DNA of 54,311 nt, the filler included, from Circinaria calcarea (Eukaryota): assembly GCA_051942165.1 (NCBI GenBank). It is 4 parts of 4 records of this genome, joined end to end, with 100 filler letters (N's around TTAATTAATTAA, not from the genome) between each part and the next. Parts side by side here need not be neighbours in the genome. Positions count along the whole stretch, not along the records: positions 13,607 to 27,110 come from JAVECS010000492.1; 3 more parts are not named here. The stretch is one strand, 5' to 3'. This document shows positions 13,740 to 24,422 of the stretch, one piece after another. Made by a program: the position numbers and the translations under genes. The notes under the pieces were generated by a model. It ran no database searches. It saw only the letters and a list, made by a program, of their open reading frames with translations, and was not told where the DNA came from. The number at the start of each line of letters is the position of its first letter. The stretch's first letter is position 1.

Positions 13740-14790
13740 GCTATTTCATCAGTCTTTAGCATTCTACGAATTCTGTTGAAAAGTTTCTCATATATTAAGT
13801 CGTCGCGTGCCTGGAATTTGCACATATTCCAATGGTTCGCGTTAATCGGGATCTGATTTTTTCCTTGAACTTCTAATAGCGCAGAGTGCTTTTTAACAAT
13901 CTAATAATAATAATATTAATCTTGCTAGGGTTAAGTGACAAAACTCTCGATTTACGAGTGTAGAGAACATTTTTATTAATTTTATTTTATAAAAACTAAC
14001 TACTTGATAGTCAGGCAACTGATATTTAAAATCCGAAATAAATTACATCAACGAATCGCTATTACTCTGCAGAGCGCTGATCAAGCAGGATTTTAATTTA
14101 TTTATTATATAGGTAACAATATTCGCAAGAGTTTCTTTATAACTAGCTTTGTTGCTTCTTTAATGTAAAGTACTCAAAAACACAATACCAACAATGTTCT
14201 CCTTGATGTTTTAGTATTGGTTTTTAATACGTGCTTAAAAGAGTGTTTATAACATAAGACGTTACTGCCATGTTCTGTATAATCCAATAATTGTTAAATA
14301 CTTATTTTACCACGATCCTATTGAGAGAATAAGCAATAAACACCAAAGGCCTCTTCAATTCCTATAACGCGTATATTAGCCGATGGCAGAAGGCCCAGAA
14401 ATTTAACATAGGAATCTTGCATCGTTCTCTTGGCGTTTATCAATTAAACTGTTAAGGAGATCTTTGGCATGATCAATAACATCAGCCGTTATATTTTCAA
14501 ATACTACATCAGCATTGTATCCAAAAGTCATGACTCTGGCACCTGCGATATCCAGCGGAAGGTAATCTTGTAGCCAAAACGCTTTAGTCTTCTGGTTGAT
14601 TCAGGTATCGACCGGATTTCCGTTGAGACCGTGGACAGCGATTATACTATAGAACTATTAGAATCGCGTTCATAATGATTGCAATGAAAAAACGACTGAT
14701 TCGTGGGGCTTTTGGTACTCACTCAACTTTCAAAGCGTCCCTATTCTCAGCTCCTCCCTTCGGATGCAAGACCGATAAAACCATGTCGGG
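13740..14790 (-). pseudogene. SesB-like / PGAP1-like alpha/beta hydrolase pseudogene with RIP-like damage
   Basis: Minus strand reads LSVLHP..VD|intron|IIAVHGLNGNPVDT*..FWLQDYLPLDIAGARVMTFGYNAD..DHAKDLL, RPLVFIAYSLNRIVVK* (family consensus RPLIFIAHSLGGIVVKQ) and QIPINANHWNMCKF. Most changes from consensus are C>T/G>A type. Confidence 0.85.
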
Positions 14791-15332
14791 AATAGCGAAA
14801 TCGAGTGTCTCTGAATAGGAGGAATGACCGTATTCAAACACCTGAGAGTCGTTTGCGATCTTGGTACCTGTCCGTACTGGAGTAGCGATGGTTGACAGTT
14901 GTTACCAGCCTGCCCTCTATCCGTTCCCCCGACATCTTTTAGCTTCGTATGAACGAGGCTTCTGATTTGCGGCTCTTCATGCATGCACTGCGGAGGCAAA
15001 TCCCCGTACATTTGCGCCACAAGGGTTTGTTTTTACCCAAATGAATTGAAAATATCCACCTGACGGTTCATTTTGGGACACCCCTACATCTGGTCCTCCG
15101 CTGCCTACCCTCCTCTTCTGAGGATACCACATCATCTACCTCTTCCGGTAGACTTTGTATCCTTGTTGTGATCTGGCAGTTGAATTTCCGCCTCGGAATT
15201 CCCTGGATGCTAGGTAGTCTGGAGTCAAGATTCCCAGGAAACGAAGAGTCTCTCTAAGCCTATAATGCTGAAGATGGATAGAGTCTTGAAAGATGGATGC
15301 AAGAAGTATTCTGGTTCTTCATTATAGAATTA

Positions 15333-15462
15333 CAGTACCTAGACAGATCGGGTCGACCCGCGACTTGAAAATTGCAGCTTCCAATTGGTAGGGAGATATG
15401 CTCCAACCAGTCAGAAGTTCTTCCGGTGAGCGCTAGGGTCGACCCGTTCTGTCAAGGTACTG
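15333..15462. mobile_element. 130-bp MITE, Tc1/mariner-like (27-bp TIRs, TA target duplication)
   Basis: Left CAGTACCTAGACAGATCGGGTCGACCC (15333-15359) matches the reverse complement of 15436-15462 at 25/27 positions. TA at 15331-32 and 15463-64. Confidence 0.85.
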
Positions 15463-15887
15463 TACTATCCAGCTTGATTTCACGCAAATAATAGTAACCT
15501 AGGGCAATGACCTTTTATCCACACCGTGAATTTTTGCCGTGTCCCCGTAACATGTGATCCTTGATCTACTCCCATACCTCCCTTATGTTTTTGGCCATGT
15601 TAATTAACATATAGGAGGGGGCCAATGGACCACCAAAGGTAGCACTATTGGGATTTGAGCCATTCTGGTGATATTTCCTCCATGCTTTGATTGCACGCAC
15701 ATGCACTTTCAATAGGTATGAAGCACTCTGACGTGCTTTAACACAATCAGCGAAACCAACAAACTGCATCGCGCAAAGATGCATTGATCCAACAGCTAAT
15801 CTACTATAGCTAAGCTTCTGTCCCTCCTTTCTTCTTGGTTGATGACTTGACTAACTATGCATTTAGATATTGCTGGGGTTGATGTAA

Positions 15888-17867
15888 TCACTTTGAATCC
15901 TTCCTCAAGCGCTTAGTTGGGTGTTTGTAGTTTAACGCGAGCTCATCCATTGAAGTCTCAGATTCTGGAAGGTCGGCAGTTGCATTAGAACCTTTATTCA
16001 GCGAGGTTAGAGACTCTTGACTCAGCGTTTCGATCGTATAGGCTTCGTCCAATGAAGCTTCAGTAAAGTTAGAGACCCTTCCAAAGCTTTCATCAACAGC
16101 TAGCCTCCCAACTTGGCTATCATTAGCTCTCTTGTTCGCCCGCGTAATCGCTTCGTCCCTCTGATCCTTCGCCCAGTCTCTCGCATTCCGATACGCAGTC
16201 GCCCCCTGACGGAAGGTATCCACGGTGTCTGTCATAGCAAAGGATCTCAGTTGATTCATGCAATATTCAGGCCGACCTTCGCTATCATTAGCTCTCTTGT
16301 TCGCCCGCGTAATCGCTTCGTCCCTCTGATCCTCCGCCCAGTCTCTCGCGTTCCGGTACGCAGTCGCTCCTTGACGGAATGTTTCTGGATCGCTAGTCAT
16401 AGAATATCCCTTAAGCTGAGTCATGCAATATTCAGATCGATCTTCAGGATTGGTGGGCTGAGTAGGGTGACTGGTGTACAGCTTGAGCTGGCCAGCGCTA
16501 TAGATTGATGTGATGGTATAAGCATTGTTATCGTACACTGGTTCGTTTTCTCCATATAACTGCAGACTGTGCATGCCCCGAGCGCCCAGCGCACCGTCGT
16601 AACAAGCCTGTCGTCTGGCTACTGCATCAGTTCCATTCGGCCCTTTAGCCGCCAGAAAGAAGTTCGGCGCGATAGGAAGATCATCCTGCGTTGAAGGAAT
16701 GATATAGCCGCTTAAATCATCGCGGACTCGTCGGTCGAGCTGCTCTGGGCGCGCGCCGTAGTAAAGGTCCGGTTTAGCCGCTGTAAGCATGTCGTTTGTT
16801 GGAGGTGTAAGGTTTGTAAAGAGAACGTCCCCTTCAACGCATTTATTATCCGTTATCTTGCCTTCAATAGCTGGGATCACCGTCTTGGTTGCTTTATTCT
16901 CTTTGGAAATATGTGCGTCTGCTTCCTGGAATTCTTCAAAATTTTCATTGGAAAACCGTGACGGTGATAGAGAAGGTCGAGGTTGTAATAATATTTCGTT
17001 GATCTCTTTCAAATTATCCGGCTTTGGCAGGACTCGACCATCGGGATACTTGTATCTTTCAGGGTAAATGCCGTTATCAATAAGCTTTTGTTGAAAATTA
17101 CGGCTATAAGGCCCACTGCTCTCGGTTGTTTTGGTATTTGTAGGACTCGTAGTTGATCCGGTAATTAAAGTGGATGCTAAACTCCGTTTTCGACTCCGAG
17201 AATTGGACTGGCTCGAGCTCATTATGTGATTAAGAGGATCGACAGGTGCCGGTAACTGGAGAGCATCAGTTTCAATGCTTGTTGGTAGATATCTCATGAT
17301 ACTTACGCCCTTCAGATCCGAGAGGTCTGGGCCACCGTTTCTAGCAAATCGCTTTATGTCTTTCAAAGTCTCCGACTCACAATGGCCGAGAAATTCGGAG
17401 GCGGACTGAGTAACTCGGCGGTCTTTCTTCAGCTCAGCAAGGAAGTTTCGCGTAACAGGCCGGCGAGCTCGTCGATGCTGCGAACGAGGTTGATTTGAAG
17501 CAGGTTGATTGTTCCTTCGATTCAGCTCTCTTAGCGCGCCTCTAGTCAACCAGGTCTTCGATAGGTTGTCCCAAAACGCTGATGGTGGTTGAGATCCGGT
17601 GGTGGGATGATTGAGCTTCTGCCTCTTCAGTTGAGGTTGCGATGTTCCGTTTAGCTGAAGCGCACACGGCTCCGTACGTTGACGCTTGCGTGGGTTGGAA
17701 AGTGGTAATTCGGGCATATAGCAATCATCTATAACAGGTTCGTGAGGGAGGTTGAGGGCTGGTGGAGAGTAGCGCTTGCATCCTGCACTTGATGGTTGGA
17801 ATTCAAGATTTCGTGCTGGCAGGCCTTGGCATTCGTTCTGAATCACTGTCGCCAGAAAGCCAATCAT
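15888..17867 (-). CDS. Fungal accessory-genome protein (DUF7924-like, possible PD-(D/E)XK nuclease fold) with an in-frame 51-nt intron (17306-17256)
   Basis: Motifs FWDNLSKTWLT, RPSLSPSRFS, AKPDLYYG, IIPST, PNFFLAAKGPNG..VARRQACYDGALGARGMHSL and FRQGATAYRNARDWA. Intron GTAAGT..CTGAT..CAG. The exact domain name is recalled, not verified. Confidence 0.75.
   Translation of the reverse strand: MIGFLATVIQNECQGLPARNLEFQPSSAGCKRYSPPALNLPHEPVIDDCYMPELPLSNPRKRQRTEPCALQLNGTSQPQLKRQKLNHPTTGSQPPSAFWDNLSKTWLTRGALRELNRRNNQPASNQPRSQHRRARRPVTRNFLAELKKDRRVTQSASEFLGHCESETLKDIKRFARNGGPDLSDLKGVSIMRYLPTSIETDALQLPAPVDPLNHIMSSSQSNSRSRKRSLASTLITGSTTSPTNTKTTESSGPYSRNFQQKLIDNGIYPERYKYPDGRVLPKPDNLKEINEILLQPRPSLSPSRFSNENFEEFQEADAHISKENKATKTVIPAIEGKITDNKCVEGDVLFTNLTPPTNDMLTAAKPDLYYGARPEQLDRRVRDDLSGYIIPSTQDDLPIAPNFFLAAKGPNGTDAVARRQACYDGALGARGMHSLQLYGENEPVYDNNAYTITSIYSAGQLKLYTSHPTQPTNPEDRSEYCMTQLKGYSMTSDPETFRQGATAYRNARDWAEDQRDEAITRANKRANDSEGRPEYCMNQLRSFAMTDTVDTFRQGATAYRNARDWAKDQRDEAITRANKRANDSQVGRLAVDESFGRVSNFTEASLDEAYTIETLSQESLTSLNKGSNATADLPESETSMDELALNYKHPTKRLRKDSK
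16116..16435. repeat. 165-bp (55-codon) internal tandem duplication in the DUF7924-like gene
   Basis: 16116-16270 and 16281-16435; the protein repeats EYCMxQL..FRQGATAYRNARDWAxDQRDEAITRANKRANDS. Confidence 0.92.
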
Positions 17868-17949
17868 ATGTCGGAGCGTTGCCGGCGGTTAGGGCTAGAC
17901 TCATGCCTCTGGTTTGATCTTCAATTTCATCCCGACGTGCCCTCAACTA

Positions 17950-18124
17950 CGGAGCTGCACTGCAAAAGTCATGGCATGTACGCTAAAAGTTTATCCGGGC
18001 TATTGCCTCGCCAACACCAGGGGATAACACACTAAGGTTAGAGGATAAGACCCCTCCGGAGCTGAGTCTACCGATAGGCCGGAGCCTTTAGCGTATATGC
18101 CATGAGTTTTGCAATGCAGCTCTG
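17950..18124. mobile_element. 175-bp MITE with about 50-bp imperfect TIRs and TA target duplication
   Basis: Left CGGAGCTGCACTGCAAAAGTCATGGCATGTACGCTAAA versus reverse-complemented right CAGAGCTGCATTGCAAAACTCATGGCATATACGCTAAA. TA at 17948-49 and 18125-26. Confidence 0.8.
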
Positions 18125-18296
18125 TACTATGGTACAATTGGGTGGGAAGATCAAGGAGTTTTTATAAAAATCGAAGATAAGGCGAATTTGGGTAACCAAT
18201 CACAGTGATGCCTCTTAAATAAAAGTTACCCCTTCGAACGCATCTATCAGGATTCTAATCACATTTTCAGTGGATCATAAAATCACGTTTCTACAA

Positions 18297-19083
18297 TTAA
18301 AGGCATCCACGCACGCCACTATCGATCCACGGCGGGATCCTCGAGTCGGATCCTACCAAGGAGAAGATTATGGGATCCACATTAGAAACCTCGCCGGTGA
18401 ATTGCAAATTGTTGGAATCGTCGATATAGCTATCCAAATAGCCCTGCTGCTGTCGCCGATAATAGAGATCACGGTATTGCGGCTTAAGCAGAGCACCGGC
18501 GTGCGAAATAACCTCTTTTAATATAAGCACGACTGTTTGGAAAGGGAATTGGGCATTGTCATTAGATGTTTTTGTCTTTAAATATGGTTTTGTTTTTAGA
18601 ATCGCTGTACATCAAAGGATTTATATACAGGTCTCGGTTCAATGCTGGTATTATTGGGGTTGCGTATCGAAGGGGCGTTGTATGATACAGAGTGGCGTAT
18701 CTAGAGATATTATCTTGGTTAGGAATCAGGTCATAGACCGACGAATGAAAAGTAACGGACTCGATTTGTTTATAATCTCGCCACTGCTGTGAGCCAGCCC
18801 GAAGTCTTGAACTAGCATGCTCAATGATAGCTCGCAATCCGAGCGCATTTACACCAAGCTCGTTACGGAGGGTAATATTATCAACATGCGTTAGGAGGGC
18901 CGCCCCGTTAATGTAATTATCTCGAAGGCATTTTGCAAAGCTTATCGGTTCCGGGCGTAAAGATTTGAGAATGCCGGTTGGACTGCAGAAAGCGGTGATG
19001 ACCTCTTCGATCGTCCAATCCCATGGGTCTGCGGCAAGTTCTTCAAGCGGTTTTAGAGTCGAAATACTCTGAGGTGATGCCAT
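18297..19083 (-). pseudogene. Truncated gene with N-terminal SAM-like domain
   Basis: DPWDWTIEEVI..LRDNYINGAALL..LRNELGVNALGLR matches a fungal SAM-like N-terminus. It becomes AT-rich and stops at 18562; a possible continuation lies at 18530-18297. Confidence 0.6.
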
Positions 19084-19519
19084 TGCTTCCAGGATTGACT
19101 GCTTCCCGGTCTTGAGATTAGTATAGAGTGATATTCAAGCTGTCCGGAAATACGGTATATGAGAATGGGCGATGTTCGTTGTTAGGAACTCAGGTCAGAG
19201 CAACCAGGAAGTGATGTAGATTCGAGTTGTGAGTTTGAAATCACGGAGGAGGAACAGGATCGTATCGAGACCCTGCGACACTGCCCGGTTGAGGCGTGAA
19301 TGGAGTGAGGTATAGTGATAACCCTGATTGGGGAATGAGGTAAGAATGAGCTTCTGTTGGACGCTGCGCGTAGGTGACTCGGCGCAGTGCGTCAACTAAA
19401 AAGTGATGTCGCGCCGCTGAGCTGTTTATAGTATGGCTAGTCCTGGCACAGTAAAGGTGCACAGGTAAGATTTGGAGGAGAAACGTGAAGGTTGAAGTGA
19501 GGTGCATGAAGTTGGCCTA

Positions 19520-19800
19520 TCCAAATCCGGGGAGAAGGATATATTAATACTCGAGACCACTATACTTCTAATAGAAAGCAACAGACACAAAAAGGAACCG
19601 TATACCTTACACAGCGCAATTCCGCTCATTGAGAGCTAAATGGTCGATAGTATTACTTTTTGCTCTACGCGGAAGAGACGATATCTGGCCATCTGTCCCT
19701 TGTTACGATTCCTCGTCCTTGCCTTCTCTGACACGCCTTTAAGCCTCCAGACCTTCGAGAGCCACGAAGAGTTATACATATTGAGTGGAAAGATGACAAA
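19520..19800 (+). pseudogene. Fragment of DUF3435 tyrosine recombinase (Starship captain-type), central part
   Basis: SGEKDILILETTILLIESNRHKKEP, then a 51-nt GT..GCTAA..AG intron (19600-19650), then ITF..LAICPLLRFLVLAFSD; a one-base shift gives AFKPPDL..IHIEWKDD. This resembles the family pattern GERDVL.MEV.L...KG...KP..F....L.CP...LALA.AD.AF....WK. Confidence 0.6.
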
Positions 19801-20195
19801 CTGGAGAAGAGCATTTTCCGCTTCCCTGCTACCGGATTTCGATTCAAGATCAGCCGCATATTTCTATAGCGTAAAGCATCACCAGAACCTCTAATACAGT
19901 CTGTGCTACTCTCAATTAAAGCGTCCGGTCGTGATGATGTGTAAGCGCATAGCAACAGAAACAGCGAAAACTGTACCTTCTCCGTTTCGTGAAAGAATCG
20001 ATGAGGGCGGTCGTTCCACAGGAAGTACAGGAACGCGAATAGGTCCGAGACTTCCATCACCAGCTTGTGTAGAGTCTCTACGGCTAGGTCGTGGGAAAAT
20101 CCAAGTCGGGTTTTAATTGACAGCGGACGTTGATCAGTTAAGAGGGGGGCAATACGGGGTACATGTCGGGCACGAACCTTCATAAACCACCTCAT
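19800..20195 (-). pseudogene. Fragment of DUF3435 tyrosine recombinase (Starship captain-type), region around the first catalytic Arg
   Basis: HKLVMEVSDLFAFLYFLW..FFHETEKVQFSLFLLLCAYTSSRPDALIES..GSGDALRYRNMRLILNRNPVAGKR. No C-terminal catalytic residues were seen. Confidence 0.78.
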
Positions 20196-21322
20196 CAGCT
20201 AGAGGTGACGATGTTCGAGAGGAAACAGAAGTAGCACGGAACTGATTGAAAAAGCAAAAGAGTTCCCAGGGAAAAGGAGATGGGTAACCTGGAGACTCAT
20301 ATTGGCGTGCAGTCAGATACAACGGGCATAAGAAATGCCTAATTCGTCGATGTCGGGTTGAAGCATTCATTTCAGGCCCAGACGGTATATAGTCAAGATG
20401 CTTAAGCAGCATGGTCAGGTACCGCGCACGCAAGGTCGAGGTCAAGAAGACACAAAATTACCCCGAGCTCACCCCTCTTGGCGATTGGGGCGAGCGATGG
20501 TTCCAAACATTGGAAGCTTCGAGCTAGAACCTGGCTAGCGATGTTCCACATCCATCTTGAACAGAGCGATGGACTTCAGCGTCCACGAGTGCCTATCTAC
20601 AGTCACGTCTCTACAGCGTCATAGTATCTTAGCGGAATATCCTCTTTAATGAGGCAGAAAGATGGCCACATTTAGGTTCTTGGAAACACCAGTTTACGCC
20701 TTGTGGCAAAGTCGCTCGGAGTTGGCTTAGCCTAGACCAGTAGGAGCCGAGGAAATAGCCTGATTTGTCGATCGCGATCCATAGAGTGTAAGGATTGCAG
20801 CTACAGAGTTGGGTGGCTTACAAGAAGACAGTAGAGCATCCTTACACCTCCGTTGGCCTCGACTTTCCAGGTCTCTCGGGACCCCTTCATTCTTTCTGGC
20901 CTCTTGTCTTTCTTCTCCTCTTGCGTTATCTACTAAAATGTTTTCACGATCCATCAAGTCATACACGATCTGGGTAGCCGTATGTTTCTCCATTCGAATA
21001 ATGTGCCTCTCTCCAACATAGGCCAAGTAGCAAGACTGTATGCTTGCATTGGAACCTTCGAACATTTGAGCATTGCCAGTGGCCATCTACAGCTCTAAGG
21101 TAAACGCAGGCGAGCAGCCTACAAGACTGAAGCAGAAGGGATTTCGGGACAACCACAACTATGTCTCATTCCACCCAAGCGATGAGGAGCCTTGCTATTA
21201 GCAGCGCTAAGGTATCATGAGATCGCCGCCACAGATTCGCAACGGGCTCATACTCTAAGAGCCCTGGCGTCTCCCAATAACTTCTTTCTTACCATCTTTC
21301 CATTGGCTTTGTCAGAGCAATC

Positions 21323-22250
21323 ATGGACGGATCACAGAGTCAAATTTCCAAGCAAACGCCTGGCTTGGAGGTCCTCTCCACAATTGGTATAAGTCAATCC
21401 CGTGGGGAAAACTCAGAGGTTTCAGAAGCCGATGCAGGAAAGCTTCCGGTAATTGACTTATCTCAGGAGCCGAAGATTGTCAGCCTTGCATTACCCACAC
21501 AGTCAACTGATCTAAAGCATCCTTCTGTGCCGTCGTCTTCCAGAGCGACTTCTGAGCCTGCAAAGAAATCAGAACACGTTGCGGCCATTTATGCGCAGGA
21601 GAGAACTCAAAGCCACGGCGGTGCGAGTATGTTACAAGCTTTACAACTGTAGCCCTACTGATTGGAGCCCAGATAATCCAATTGTAATCGATGAATCTCA
21701 CATACCAGCTCAGAAGAGACTCCCCGTTTAGTGAAAGAGAGGGGACCGACGATGATGTCCGTACGGCAAGTGGTCAAGAACCTACTAACGAAGATGTCTC
21801 TGCATGATGGATGTACTTCTTCACTGATAGCTGCATACAGCAACCCATCCAAGCAACCGGTTAAACGACGCCGACAAAACGACAGTTCGAGGCCAGAGGG
21901 CGGGCGGCGCCAGAGCAAACGTAAACGCAAACGGTCTGAAGCCAATGAAGAGAGTCTAAATCTTCAATTAGTGAGACGACTAATGAAGAATGACGATCGT
22001 GCTCGAGCTAAAAAGGCAAGGGAGCTATTGACGGAAGTTAAAGACGTGAGCAACGAATGCCAAATTAGTTAGGAAGCAGGTGAAAGACCTTGGAGTTGCG
22101 CTTAAGAAGGTGGTCACAGCGGTTAAGGAAGTAGAAGATCAAAATAAGGAGCTTCAAGAAGTGATGGAAGGGTTAGACAAGGCGATAACGGACCTTATAC
22201 AGCAGGAACATGAGGCTCGGGTGCAACCCAATGCTATGAAGGAATTGTAA
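21323..22250 (+). CDS. Possible multi-exon or degraded hypothetical gene with coiled-coil C-terminus
   Basis: Consecutive + ORFs at 21323-21652 and 21731-22072, followed by a charged helical tail ending at TAA 22250. No family recognised. Confidence 0.3.
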
Positions 22251-22645
22251 AGGTCTCGGTTCGAATAGCACATCTGGTTTAGCCCCTAGGTGTCAACTTT
22301 GGCGCATGGGTACGGTGGCCACTAGATACTAGACCCGGAAGAAAATTAAATGCGGGCACAGACTTCCGTGAATGGGGCTGGGTTGTACCGCCACTTGCTT
22401 AGTTGGTTGGAAGGAGTTACTAAGTTAATTTCCGGACACTATTCTCTCGCTAAGCCTCTGTTATATCCTCAGACTAAAGACGAGCTCTATTATATAATGA
22501 TCCTCCCCTTTTATACGCCGTATTAGCTCTCAGCAACTCGATCTACATACATACATATTTCTCAGCTCTTGCGGCCTCAGGTTTTTCTTCTAGGTAAACT
22601 TCACTTCCACCACCACCTACTTCATATAATACAACAGCTACCGGC

Positions 22646-23551
22646 ATGGTTGAGGAGCTAAAGCTGGTATCGGATCCGCCCGATACGGCGTTATTTCGCG
22701 ACCGAAGAAAAGCAGCTTTTACTACTCTGGATGAAGCCCTATGGATGGCCGATGACGGGCCACTTTCCACTCCCGAACGGAGGCAACTCTTTATTAATCT
22801 GTGGGAAAGTCTCGAAAGCTTCCGCCGTAAAATATTTCCTACATGGCCTGAGCTCCGACCACCGTATCTAAACACTTCAACGAGCGGTCCTCCTGTTCAA
22901 ATTGGAGCATACGTTATTATCCTGAGAAATGAACTTTCCAGAGCTACGGAATCATTTGAACAACACGGAGAAATGGCGGGTCTAGCTGATCTAAATGACG
23001 CATCAAATAATCTCCAGGAACTGCTTTTAGGGGATCTGTGTCAGGCTGTCTTAGCAGCACTGGATCGCAAACTTCGTTTTGAAAGTATTGGTTCAGCTCA
23101 GGATTTCGTTCATAGCCTTTTCACTCATCCGGAACTCAGTCCTATCTGGTGGTTCCCTCCAGAAACGGACGAGCTCATCGCCCAAATACTTTGCACACAT
23201 CTAAAAGTTCTATCTTCTATCAGTCCATCTCTGTGGGATATTCCATCGATTCGGTTTCCCATCGATTTTGTGAGCCTGACCTGCGGACGTCATCAAGCTG
23301 CGATTCGGTATCTAAAGATATTCAAAATTATTGTGAAAATAGCAGACCCAGATCACCTACCTCTATTTATATGGCTGGCAACCATGGACCCATTATTATC
23401 GAGAGATATAATAAGCGATCTTCTTGATCTATTGTATCAATCCTCAGATAAACACTCGATGTATCGAAAACTCCAAGATTTTGGGATGCTACAACTTCGT
23501 CGAATTCGTCCAGCCTACGCGGTGGCATATTTTAATTCGCTATGCCTCTAG
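22646..23551 (+). CDS. Hypothetical protein (301 aa)
   Basis: ATG-initiated uninterrupted ORF with protein-like composition; family not recognised. Confidence 0.5.
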   Translation: MVEELKLVSDPPDTALFRDRRKAAFTTLDEALWMADDGPLSTPERRQLFINLWESLESFRRKIFPTWPELRPPYLNTSTSGPPVQIGAYVIILRNELSRATESFEQHGEMAGLADLNDASNNLQELLLGDLCQAVLAALDRKLRFESIGSAQDFVHSLFTHPELSPIWWFPPETDELIAQILCTHLKVLSSISPSLWDIPSIRFPIDFVSLTCGRHQAAIRYLKIFKIIVKIADPDHLPLFIWLATMDPLLSRDIISDLLDLLYQSSDKHSMYRKLQDFGMLQLRRIRPAYAVAYFNSLCL

Positions 23552-23641
23552 CTATTTACAGTTTGAGCGCTTTCTTAAATAAAGCGCGGCGGGCTCCGCC
23601 ATTATAATACTCTTCTGCTTCGTTCATTTCGCTGGCTGATT

Positions 23642-24228
23642 GCTACTCCTTATGCCCTTTAACTTCCAACAGCCATTACCGTCAGCCTTCATAGCACCCT
23701 GGCCCCTGAACTTCTTCGTGGCCGTAAGTAGAGGTTGTTTGTCGACCGAAGCTATTTTTTGACTCTCTTCTAGGTCTGCTTTACAGGTATTTGTGAATGT
23801 TAGTTAATCCCCCTTACCCTCATTGGCTTCCGCGATAACTTTCGAGATGGGACTATCAAGGTTGTTTATCACGGGTTCACTAGACCGCTTCCCCTCTTGC
23901 TCTACTGCCTTCTTTCCGTCCTTCGCCTTCGAGTTGCCTTCCTTGGGTTTGACCTCCTTCGATTGGTCCCTTGGACTTCCGGGAGTTTATTCCGGAGTAG
24001 AAAGTTCTAGTCCCACCGGGAAGAGGGTGGATGCTTCTACTCATACCGGGAAGAGGGCGGATGCTGTTAGTCATACCGGGAAGAGGGTGGATGCTTCTAG
24101 TGGTGCAGCTTTTTCTTTGTTTATACGGAAAGATGCTGTTCCTGTAGTTTTATTTTCATTATGCTCCGTTTCTGAGTGTAGCTTCTGCATTCTTTCCACG
24201 TGGTTCCGCTCCGGGACGGGTATTATTT
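23642..24228 (-). pseudogene. Relic of the pre-helicase region of a fungal SNF2-family gene
   Basis: One frame with stops reads ..AEANEGKGD*LTF..ASVDKQPLLTATKKFRGQGAMKADGNGCWKLKGIRSS, resembling the linker before the SNF2 Q-motif. The helicase core is absent. Confidence 0.5.
24015..24101. repeat. 30-bp tandem repeat x3 (ACCGGGAAGAGGGYGGATGCT...)
   Basis: Units start at 24015, 24045 and 24075. Confidence 0.9.
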
Positions 24229-24422
24229 AAATATCTTACCTATCGCTCCTCCTTCTAGCCTTCAGTTTACACAGCAATCATAAGAGCGTATGAAGATCTT
24301 AGGGGTTTAAAGGTATATCCGGACATTCCCACATTCTATCAGAACCTGAAACTAGTTTCTGACATCCTAATAGGACTCTCAGAGCTCCTTTACACAATAA
24401 TGGCAATAAAGATGTAAGCTAA

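Noticed and set aside
20727..21156. Minus-strand ORFs upstream of the DUF3435 fragment as the captain N-terminus
   Set aside because: No captain-like motifs recognised.
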